DNA of 64,000 nucleotides from an uncultured Gammaproteobacteria bacterium (GTDB lineage Bacteria; Patescibacteriota; Microgenomatia; UBA10105; UBA927): NCBI GenBank assembly GCA_964430295.1, contig CAYSEV010000001.1, positions 5,699 to 69,698 of the forward strand, read 5' to 3'. Shown piece by piece: positions 45,308 to 57,500 of this stretch (position 1 is its first letter; each line of letters starts with the position of its first letter). The notes under the pieces were generated by a model. It saw only the letters and a program-made list of their open reading frames with translations, ran no database searches and was not told where the DNA came from. The position numbers and the translations under genes were made by a program.

Positions 45308-45493
45308 TTACCTCGTTTAGATTGTTATAAAGATCCAAACAATAGTAAATATTATTTATATAGCATTTGTTATTTATTTATATATATTGATATATAAAGA
45401 TATACTATAATCTTCATTCGCTGACCAAGTCCTTTTGCACTACATACAGTTATATTTAGTGGGAATTTTTAACGTTTCTATAATAATAATATA
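45308..45493 (+). promoter_or_regulatory. Very AT-rich spacer between the giant genes, a putative promoter/UP-element region for gene 2 with a TATAAT hexamer at 45406-45411.
   Basis: The spacer is 186 bp with long A/T runs and several -10-like hexamers. I found no well-spaced -35 for the TATAAT (the nearest TTGATA is only 13 bp away) and no clear terminator hairpin after the gene-1 stop, so co-transcription with gene 1 is equally possible. Confidence 0.2.
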
Positions 45494-45541
45494 TTGCATG
45501 TTTTCACGGGATTCTTCATACTAAAAACTGAGGCTATTTTT

Positions 45542-48500
45542 ATGGTCGGGATGCTTCAGTATTTATTTGCTTTTGTATCACATATTTTTACTCTTTTCAC
45601 GAAGCGTTTTTCTCATGGACTTCAAAGCAAAAAACACCATTCTATAGTTTTTGGGGGAATGAGTGGGATGGTCGTAGGATTCATTCTTTCGTTCTCGATC
45701 ATATATGGTATTTCACAGGATTGCAGATCTGCCATACATCAACTCGTCTCTTTTAAGCTTATTCCTGTTGTCCATGCTGCGCAAAACTGTCCTGTATTGC
45801 CGCCTGCAGAGGTCGCTGCCGCAAAAGCGAATGCGGTAAAGAAAGAATCACAGCTACGTGGTTTTGCTAAAGTATTGAATCAGCCGTATGCCATCACATT
45901 TTTCCAATACCTCAACCAACTTCTGGGAGGATCCTCAAAAACTGCTAATACTGCCGATAAGACCGCTTCTACACCTCTAGAAAATACTTCGTCCTTAAAT
46001 AACATTAGTGAAGATAAAGTACTTAATGGACAGGCTGCAAAAGAACATATATTGGCGCTCGCCCGGAAATACAAAGGTGTTTTATCAACGCAATTACTTT
46101 CCCATATTGAAACTGCAATTGGCGTCGGAATGCTTCCGAAAGAATATATGTCTTTTAATGATGGAGAAAAAATTCAATTTTTAGCAGGAGGGCAGAGCAG
46201 TGCTCTATTTACACCGGCTGTATTACAAAAACTTGCAGATTACGCACTTGTCGATCCTCGTATTGCTATCGGACAATTTAGTGAGATGGCAGCAGCAACA
46301 TACGCAGAACAACTACCTCAGGAATCAGATATCCGTTTGGCAATCGTCAAGTTGAAAGAAATGGGTGTGAATCAATATTCACTAAAGTTACAACTGTTTT
46401 CTGACGGTCAACCGTTATGGATTGTTAATACCAGTGGACAGAGTTTCGTAATTCGTGCAAAAAAAACAACAATACCAATCGAAGAAGTACGTTCAAGAAT
46501 TGCCTCGTTGGGAGATACCATACCTTTTACCTATGCTGAACAATTAGCTCCGGGTAAGGTCTTGTTATTTATCAGAAATCTTAGCTATGACAATGATGGT
46601 GAATATGTGAAGCTTCCGGAACAGGCATCATTTGTGGAAAAAGTGCTTGAACGATTCCGAGATTTAGGATTTGAACCGGATTTTGTGCATGAGTCATATA
46701 TGAATCTCCAAAACTTCATGTATTCAAAATTCTATGGAAAGATGTTTTACGTTGATCAGGACGTATTTGATGAATTACTCAAGTCTGATGGTATTAAACC
46801 AAATGATAAAGTTACGCGTGCCGTAAACTCGCAACTGGAAGAGCTTTCCAAACGAAGTAGTGTGAAGACGCCCGACACAGCGCCATCTTCAGTGACGCCG
46901 AATCCAAGCTCAGCGCTGAATACGGCTAAGCAACAAGCAGTTGTTTCACGTCTCAAACTGGCACTTGATGGTGCAAACAATGCTCTGGTAAACTCTCAGC
47001 GAAATTTCTGGTTTGCCGCTGTAGGAACTATTGTATTTGCCATCGGTATGATCGCAATTATGGCTACAGTGCCATGGCTTATAGTCCCCGCTGCATTGGC
47101 GCTTCTAGTAACAGTTCCTTCGAGTATGTTTTTGATTCCTAATTTCTATATGTCTATGGATACGAATAGGCAAACACTGCAATCCGCACAAGCTCAATAC
47201 ATAAGTGCACAAAATGATTTACTCATTCTGGAACGTTCTCAGGCATCTGCTACACCGTTAAATATTTCAAGCGAACAAGCTAAAGCCCGAGCACAGGAAA
47301 CACTGGATGCTGCCACAAAAGCAAACAATGTCGCGTTTAATAATCTGGTCTTTGGTTCTGCCGCTACAATCGCTATAGTATTCCTTGCGGTAGCGGTTAT
47401 GATGATATCGCCGGGTCTTTTTGTTCTTCCGTCAGCTATCGCGCTTGTCGGTGTTGTGCTCTTAAGTTCCTTTGGACTTTTTAGACTCTCTTCTAATTTC
47501 AACACTTCACTAAGTACCTTGCGAGGAACTCAACAAGTCGTAAAAACAGGAGTGTCTCAAGTAATATCTAAAGATAATCCATGCAAACCCACTGGTTTTC
47601 ACCTATTCGGTCAAGTATATGCAGAAGGACCATGTATCATTCTGAGTGTAGGCGGAGATCCAGTTGCAACAGCTAAAGAAGGGGAAAAGGGCGAACCAAT
47701 TCCGTCAACACCTGCTCAAATACTTCCAGGATCAACATATGTTGTAGGGACATTTGATGAACTCAAGAATGTAACAGAGGGGAAAGACTCTGTAGGAACA
47801 CAAATCAAAGAGATCCCGTCAGACCAGTATGTAAAGGTATTCCCACCAGTAGGAGCTACGGGTCCAAACAATCAGCCAATTCAACCGTTTGTTGTGGATG
47901 TGCCGACGATTTATGCAACGCAGCAGGCCAATCAACCAATACAGCAACAAAATTCTGGTGCGAAAGTTAACATGTCTGACTCATCACCCAATACCACTAC
48001 GACTATTCGAAATACCATTAATAGAATATTAGATATTCGCTCTTGGTTCCCATCTCCATATTCGATAATCCAAAATAACATTGTTCTACGCATGTTCGCT
48101 CCATTTATTAGTCCAGTTACCACCTCGATTAGCCCTTGGAGTATATTTGGACGGGGAAGATCTGAACCCATACAAGAAATTGCAAATATAGTATCCAGTG
48201 AAGAAGCACAACAATATGTAATCAGCAAATATAATGCCATGATAAGCGCGTTAGAAAGTGGTGCAAAATTATCATCTACTAGGACAACCATGATGAGAGC
48301 AGAGGCTATTGCGGGATTAATAGCAAGCCCTGCTGAAAATATAGATGCGGCTAATCGTCGATACGCGATGGCATTTATTCTCATGAATACGCTTGTTGAT
48401 AGAGAATTAGCACACCCTCGCCAGGTTGAACGGTTTTTCATGGTACGCACATCAAAAGGCATACGGCTTATCTATACAGATGGTAAAAATTTTGTGACGA

Positions 48501-51500
48501 ACACAAATCCAAAATCTTCGACAGAAAGAGTTGCAGTAAAGTATCTAACAGGAGGCATAAAAGAAGCTCTTGCATATATGCAGGAATATGATTCTACAGT
48601 TCAATTATCTGATTTTGAGGAAGTAAATTGGGATGCATCGTTATTTCCTTTTATGGATAGAACAAATATTGCTCCTGATAGTGCCAAAATACGTTCAAAA
48701 CGTGGGGTTGAAATAGCAGAAGATATTGTAAAGAAACTCGAAAATCCTCCGATTCCGACGGCAATAGAATTTGCAAAGGATAAACTCATGGAATTGCAGC
48801 CGGAAAAGGCATCTTCAGTTGATAGGGCACTGAAAGATATTGCAGTTGATATGAATGCTGTAGATGGTGATCAGGCAGTAAAGCAAAATGCAATTTATCG
48901 GAAATTCTTTGGGGATCCAATTTGGCAAAATTATGGTTTGGCAAAAGGGTATTTTGAACTTCATGTGGCAGCTCCTAAAAAATATCCACTCGAACTGAAA
49001 GCAAACTCAGACGAGTTAACTGACGAAAGTCTGAAAGCCATTCATGAATGGTACGAATCTCAGCAAACACCTGATGAAGCCCATCAAGAAAGGCTTAACC
49101 GTGGTGGTGCGCTCAATATGGTGCAAAAAATAAAAACACTTCTTGCAAAACTTGGTATAAAACTTCCTCTCGCAGAAACAGATCCGATTCACAATTCCGT
49201 TGTTGTATTTTCCGATGATCAGTTCAAGCTACTATATCCGGATAAAGAAGACGCAAATATTTTGGCATTTTATGACGAACGTCTCGGATTATATGTCATA
49301 CGGTCTTCTGCAAACCTCACCTCAAATCAGAAAACTGAATTGGAAGAAATTAAATTCATGATAGCAGCCCACGAAGCCGGTCACGATATGGTTCGGTACA
49401 TCGGTCCATTTATGACGCATGAATGGAACGAGGGCATGGCAACGATGTTTATGATTGCACTTCTGGTAAAGCAAAATGGGATAAGTTGGACAGAGGCGAG
49501 GGCTAAAGTGGTTGCATTTGTATCTCCTGAATATGTGAAGCATCTGGAAATGGTGGAGCAGAGTCAGTTTGGTTCTGTTTTGATCGAACGGGCTTTTGAG
49601 AAAGGATTTACATCAGAAACAGTTGCAGATGTATTTCTGACATTCTATAAAAAACTCCCAAATAAAGAAAAAATGTTAGCAGGTGCCACCTACGCAGATT
49701 CCACAAATGCGTTTACCACTGCTGTTACAAGTACTGCACAACAATTTGGAATTATTACCCCTGACCAAAAGGTCGAACTGTGGCCAAAGCTTTATACATT
49801 TTTTGTTGACAATACTGTCGCAAAAGACTTGGATCCTGATACAGAAGTCAAATTTGATCCGACAACACGATCAATAGGGAAAAAACGGGTCACATTACCA
49901 ATCTTATCTTCAATTCCTTCGTCAGAATTATTTGGCACGATTGCAGGGTTAGATAGAAAAGGGTATGCGCTGCCAAAAGCAGATTTTGACTCATTGGATA
50001 TTGAAGCACCAGGATATGTCCTGGCTGTGCAAAATGATTCTGAAGCAAAAGAATATTTGGAAAGGCTGTATAGAACATATCCGGGCGCAGCAACAAAACC
50101 AATTTTTATTTTAGTGGCCACATCACGAAGGACAGCAGTATCAGGAAACGTATTGTTAACATCAAATGGAAGTGACTTGCTGCGGGCGTTGGATACAATA
50201 TTTCAGTCATCAGGGCCTCTTCACGAGCTTCGGACGCAAGCAAAAAAAACAGAAGTAACGGAAATACGTCCAGGCGTCTATCAATTTGGATCAGCACTAT
50301 TCTTTGTAGATAAAACAACGGGTGCTATGGCAATGGATTATGCTCCTGATACATCGTTGGCAAGTGTGCAAATAGATGGTCGTTCCCTTGCGCAAACAGC
50401 ATATGTGTTTAATAACACACAGATTGGAATATCTGGAGTGGCGTATACAGTGACCACTCAGGGAAACGCAGTCATACTTATAAAAGAGAACGGTGAGTCT
50501 GTACAATTACCGATTGCTGCAAAGTCTCTTCGTGAATTTCCCAAAAATCCGGGACAGTCACCATTACCTGCGCCGGTTCTTCCTGCCACACAAAAACAAG
50601 CCGCTCAACCAGTTGTATCTGTGAAACAACCTGAGGCAGTATTGAAAAATCCAGTGAGCACGTCAGACGAAGCAAATGTGCTCACTATGAAAACGAAAGA
50701 CGGCGTTATAAAGGTACGACGGGCCGAACTGGTAGATGGCAAGCTGATAGGGCATGGAGCCATTATCTATGATGATCCTGCAAAACAAATAGAATATGGA
50801 GCAACAGAAATGCCAATCCGCATCATGTTTAATACAACAGATGAAAACCTCTCAGGTCTTACACAAGAGACCTTAATGAGGGAATTAGAGCGAAGATATG
50901 TGTATGCAAACGATGTGCTTATCGCATGGCATGGATATTTAGAGACAGGAGAACAGTTTGAGCCTGCCGGGAATACGGTACTTGAACCATGGGATAAAAA
51001 TGGTAAGCGGCAGATGATGATAGCTCTGTCACATTCCGGAACCGAAGGCACATATGTAGAGAATCCTGACTACACGGCAAAAAATCTAATAGCGCAGGTG
51101 GAGGCTGCAGTTGAATTAGTATCTGAACAAATTAATTATACAGATGAAGATGTTCATATTACCTTAATGGGACATTCTTTGGGTGGTGCTATTGCATTCA
51201 AACTGGCGGAAAAGCATGGATTGGACACAACCGGGGTATGGGCAAAGGTGAAGTATATTATGCTTACCCCGTATGTTGGTGATCCGAATCAGCTGACGCT
51301 GTTAAATGAGTACTCACTCATTCCAGGGGTAAAATCGCTTGGAATTTTACGGATCATTAATAGCTGGTATTTGCCGTCTGCACTTCGTCGTGGACTTTTG
51401 GCATTTGCACATTTCGTCGGGTTTGATGAGGCACTCTTTAGCGCAATGATGAGTTTGGATTTGAAAAAGATGGATGACGCATCCGTTCGATTATCGAAAG

Positions 51501-54500
51501 ATATAGCACTGAAAAATCTCTCTGACGCTCCCGTTGCTATTCGTATGACACAGTCTCTTCTGAATATAGGCATGGTAGAAAATAACGCTCCACTTCAGGA
51601 TCTGACACGAAAAAGCCGCATGGTTGTTTTTTACCCCGGCGTTGATGATACGCTCGATTCTGCAATTACAAGATCGTTTAACTTGAGCAGAGGGTTTTTC
51701 CAGGTAGGGTATGACCGGACGCATAATCCATCCACAGCCAGTTATAAATCACATATTTTTGAAGTAGTCCAAGGTTTATTTGAGGGTTTTGATATTCAAA
51801 AAACCCGTCCGGGTGTGTTTGCACAGATAGATCGCCGGTCACATAATTTTTATAAGGTTGTGTGGGATGGGTTAAAAATGAAGTTTAGCAAACTAAGTAG
51901 TACTGATCCCTGCACTCCTACCATTTCAGTTCAAATATTTGGTCGCGTATATGCAGCAGGGGAAAACTGTGTAATCTTTTACAGCAATAGTGAGGTTGAA
52001 ACACGTACAGAAAACGGACAATCTACTGGCATAAAACGAAATATTCCACAGTCTGGCACGTTCAGAGTGGTGACACAAGAACAACTTACTGATGAAGTAT
52101 TAAATCCTCAGACTACAGATTTCAAGTTTAACGGTAAGATATCGTTTACCAACTCTCTCGACGGACAGACTCAGAATAGGTATCTCGTTGTGTTCCCGTC
52201 AGATAATACCCCTGCATTTATCATCCGTATTCCTGATATCCATACACAGTCAGGTACACAATCAGGAAAAGTTGTATCTATAGATACTCATACAAATGTA
52301 CGATTAGATGGAAAGACATGGAAACTATCGTATAGTGCTGCAGACACATCTGCTAAATTGAATGGTATATCACTCGGTCAAGGCGATATTTCGCTTGAAA
52401 AAGGATCACGCAATACGCTGTATGTTGCTCCAAATTATGTACTCCTTATTGATATAGATCCTAATTCAAATGAACTTACCTATCAAAAATTGCCCTCAGA
52501 CGATCCACGCGTTGTATTTGAATCACTGGAAATCGAATCACTTCCTGAAAGCATTTCACCGCAAGTTCGCGAAAGAAGAGACGCCGCATACAAGGGAGAT
52601 CTTGCGCGAAGTATTTTGAATAATGTGGATGAAGCACAGGATGCGAGAATGATAGAGTTCCGTGATGGCAGCAGGGCATTTCCCAAAACGCCTCCGCATC
52701 CTGCATATTCGGGGGAAACCTCTTCGTGGAAATATCATTCAGAATACGCGCAAAAAGAATTATGGAATTCGTACTACACCTCGCTTGTTGCAGCACTTGC
52801 GTCAGGTAAATCAAAAGAAGATATAAAAGGAGAAGTGAATAAATTACTTGCTCAATTTAGGAATACTGCAAATCTGGAACTATTCAAAGAAAAACAAGCG
52901 TTTTCGGATGGACTTGTGCGCCAACTGGAAGCTCAGCCTGCAGAGGAGTTTTTACCATTGACCCTCGGATCTGCATTTCGTGAAATTTTGAATCGTTATC
53001 CTCTATTGAAAACCATCATAACACCGGATCAGTTAGCTGCACTCAAACGAGTTCTGATCGAGGAAGTGAAAAATGCATATATGTTATTTGCAGCATCAGG
53101 CTCAAATGCCATTTTGGAAGCACGAGGATACTTTTTCCCCAACCCTGTAAAGTCGGTTACTACCAATGAAAACGGATCGCTTGTCATAGATACACTAAAA
53201 AAGGATGAGGCAAACACTATTATAGAAATTCGAAATAAAGACGGCACCTATAAGAAAAATCCGGTTATACTTGCGGCATATATAAAGGCCATAGAAGAAG
53301 GAGCACAGTACATATCTTTCACTCTTGCAAGCAAGACAGATGAAGGATTTAATGAGATTCTCCCTGATTTAGCTGAATACGTCTACGAACACAATAGAAA
53401 TCCGAAGTACAAATCCTCACCGGTAGTACTTATGGTAGATGCTGTCCAGTTATTTGGACGAGCTCCAGAGTCTGAAGTGTTTCAGTGGCTGCTGGTGGAG
53501 GGGATATCAGGAGTCATCCATACGGGATCAAAAGCAGCAGCAGGTCCTGCACACGCAGGAATCACACATATATCTACCTACGGCAAAACAGTGACAGGCA
53601 CAGTTTCAACAGTAGATCAGTCTATTGCAAATATGACGACGCCTGCTATTGTACGGGCGATCGGAAATTTGAAGGCTATACGTGGCATGTGGGATTTGGG
53701 ACCGGCATTTCAGCTATACAGCCCGATTGCCGTAGCACTTCAGCGAGTGTATGATCGGTTTTTTACACGAATCGGACTGGTGCCGATAGGGGATGAGGAA
53801 GGTTTTCAGCGGAAAAATACATTCGGATCGATTCGAACGTATCGCCTTATGATGGGGTGGGATGGAAAAACAATTGTAGATGCAAAAAAGCTACTTGCAA
53901 CATGGTCTCCTGTCTGGCTCATGGGTGGAGTTCTTGAAGAAACTCCTCTGGCAGGACCACTGCTTCGAAATGGAATTCCAATCGGTGTTATGAAGTGGCT
54001 AAAAGAAACGGTAATCACACCGGAAGATCTGAAGGATCCACATATGTCTGCTGAAAAGGCGGCAAATGCTGTGGATGATGCGCTGCGACAGGTAGAAGGT
54101 CGTATGCAAGATGATTTGATACGACTAGCTGAGGAAAACGGCGTATATTTGCGAATTGCGGATGAAATTGCGCCCGTAGATCAAACTGAAGCAGCTGCGC
54201 AAGCGGCGCTTATTGCACTGGTCAATACAGCAGCAAAGCGAACAGGGGTGCAAGATGAAGGAGAATCCTGTGATCCAACGCAAGTGGGCATTCACATATT
54301 GCCAAGAGTATATGCCGCAGGATGCAAAACGGGTATGACCCGTAAACTCTACAACCAGCTTATTACCGGAGCAAAACTGCTGGGCACGAGAATGAACAGA
54401 ATAGTGTGGGGGAGATTGTTTGGAAAAAAGAATGTTTTTGGCCAATTCAAACAAAATCAAGTTCAAAATATAACTTCCCGTTCACGTTTATTTGTGTATA

Positions 54501-57500
54501 GTAATGAACAAATGAATATATCAAAATATTTCTCCACAGAGCAATTATCTGATTTTGATTCGATTATTAATAAAATACTTGATAATTATAATAAAACTGG
54601 ATCATATGATATTAGGCATTCATCACAACAAAAAGATGTAATCAATATAAATGACGATCTTACTGCGGAAGAAAAATACGGAAGAATGTTTGATTGGACA
54701 AAATCTTTTTTTATTCTGAAAGCACTCCAGAAATATACAAAGCTATATCCTTTTTATCTTATTGGTCACTCTATTATAGTAGCAAATGCTGCGCTATTTT
54801 CTGGGACTGACTTTGGTACATTTTTATATCAAAAGGCATTGCCATGGATGTATGCCACTGTCAGTTCTGATATCAAGCACACAGCAATTTTGATGATGAT
54901 TTCTTATATAAATAATTTATCAATAGCAGGAGAAATCGCTGACATGTCAGTATCTGAGTTATCTGAATTTAATAGAGAAGTTGTTAATACGTTCATTAAG
55001 GCATTTGATAGGAATTTTCAATTAGCATATTCAAACGCAAGTACAGGGTTAGACTCTGATGAGTTAAGATCCGATGCTGAGAAGAAAATACTACAGGCAA
55101 TAACTATAAATTCATATTTTCCAATATTGCCTCTCCCCAGATTCTTAACAGGGATGATAAATCAAAACGGCTTTATGGGACATGGCACAGGAGTAGCGTT
55201 TTTATCAAAAGCGTTAATAGTTGAAAATAGAAAACAAGCTATAAGTACATCAGTTCATGAAATGAATCATATGCAAGTCGATACGCAAATAAATACACCG
55301 GAATTAAATTATTATTCGCACCTTCCATATGGTTTATCAATGACCTTAGATGAATCGATTACACGACTGAATCAACTGGAATCAATTGATGCATACAACG
55401 AAAGTTATTATGATATTGGTGTAATTAAGCTACTTACTGTGTTAAAGCCGTTTTTAGTAGAAAAAGTTGGGCAGAATACTGCTGACCAAGTATTTGCACA
55501 GATTAAGTTAGGTGATTTTTCGACCATTGTTAGTATCTTTGGGGGATGGGACGCTTTTAGAGCGTACTTACAGGACCCAACAATGTTTGGATCGTATTAT
55601 AAAATTGATGAAATTCAATATAGAGATAATTCATCTGATGTATGGAAAAAAGTTAATTTCGAAAACGATCGGGAAATATTTTTATCTCAATCTGCCGAAT
55701 TATTACTCCCGAACGGTATTGTTGTACCAATGCAAAAGTCAATAATATCAGGAGTGAAAAAGAAGACCAATAAACAAATAGTAGACTCAAAATCTCGTAT
55801 TTTATACACATATGATAATGCAGATATTGCCGAAGAAATTGAACTTAAAGATGATAAATATATCCTTTTAAAGGAATATGTAAGTATAGGAATAAATATT
55901 ACTGACTTCTCTTCAAGACTTATTGTCGGTGCGAGGAAAAGCAAAGAAATACTCGCAATGCAATCAGAATATGCAGATCTATTACATTCATTATTTGTTG
56001 AACCTGACGATGTCGTGTCATCCATACATGCTAATGTCAATCCAATAGCAAAAACTATATATATGAGATCAGCGCACATAGATGCAACATGCATCCTTGG
56101 TCAGCGCCTCATTCCCCAGGTTTTTGCAGAATCAATTGGAACGGTTCAGACCAGTTACTGTGAATTCGCAGGCCGTGAGGGCTTGTTATATTCCCCAAAT
56201 GCCGTTCTTCGGGCGATGATAGGCAATGCGAATGGTCAGGTGACGCGTTTGACTGCCATTGCCAAAAGTTTGGCAGTAAATGCGGATAATCCTGAATTAT
56301 CTCCGACGGAACGGCGTATGTGGCATTTTCTGGGGCAAATCATCGGTGGTGATCTGTTTACGTATATGGAAAAACTTCAACAGACCACCGCAAAAAAAAT
56401 ACGCATATCTGATGCTCAAATGGAAGATTTATATGCGACATACATTGCCCTCTACCCCCATGTACGGGAAGCTATTGCCCGGAAAAACGAACAGGGTACA
56501 GTGACGGCCACATATGATCCTGAAGTCGTATACGCTGTATTGAAAAACACACCGGTAGAAATCCGTGAACTTGCGGTGCGCGCCGTTTCCTTTATGATGC
56601 AAACAGCACAACATGATGATGCAGGGAACATCATGTCCATGCCTATGGATATCGATTCTGTAGAGGGAAGGCGACATCTACATGATGCATTGGCCTATTA
56701 TAACGATCAATTCTTTGCATGGTTGAGTCTGGCCTCTCCTGACGGGTATCAACAGTATCAGGAACGGTTATCCGGCAGAGCTCCTAATGCTCTCCGTCGT
56801 GATGTGTCCGATGTGAGCTCACTTGAACTTATATTCCCAACCATACAAACGTCTGCATCCAGCGCATTTCCATTCTCCACACAGGTTGTAGGAAGTACTC
56901 CATCAAAAGAAACTATGAAGAGCCTCTATACCGTTGTAAATGGGGATACTGTTACAGCTTCCACTGAGACCATGAGTGTGATCCTTCGCGATCCGCAGGG
57001 GAGAACGGATCAATCAGAACGAATGTCAATCATGGCAGAGGAAATAGGCAAATATTTCCAAAAACATGAACTGATGCCGGAACATCTTATGGACGTATGG
57101 CCACAGGATGCGCTCAGATTTTTCCTTCGTGAACAACTGCAACTGATGGGAATAAAGAAAGAAACAGTTGAACTCACATTCGTGTTCAGAATAAAAGATG
57201 TAAATGGACAATGGATTGGTGTAGCGCTCACAAATACGGATGAACCGCTTGTGATAAACAAAGAGGGAAGTAAGGCTGTCCGCGCATCCGATCCTGCAGA
57301 ACTTGGCACAGTTGCGCTGGCACAGGTGGTGGACAAATTCAAAAGTGAATGGAATGTTTATTTCTATCCAATTCCTAAAACGGGGAATCAATACGTGATG
57401 ACTAGAAAGAATATAAAAAGTATTCAGAATGAGCTATTAAGCACAATGGCATTAGATGTTCCTGTCTCTGCATATGGAGAAAAACTGACAGAAATATTGC

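Noticed and set aside
2582-45307. Possibility that the 42.7-kb ORF is really several adjacent genes fused by an assembly or frameshift error.
   Set aside because: There is a single continuous frame, and architectural repeats (M1/M2, the two PP2C copies, the two CHAP copies) span what would be the gene boundaries. There are no internal RBS-plus-start signatures at domain junctions, and composition is uniform, so a single giant CDS is the simpler reading. Read-level validation is still recommended.
45308-45493. Inter-giant-gene spacer as a possible ncRNA or mobile-element remnant.
   Set aside because: It contains only low-complexity AT-rich sequence, with no terminal inverted repeats, direct-repeat target duplication or conserved RNA structure. 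It is best explained as a promoter or translation-initiation region.
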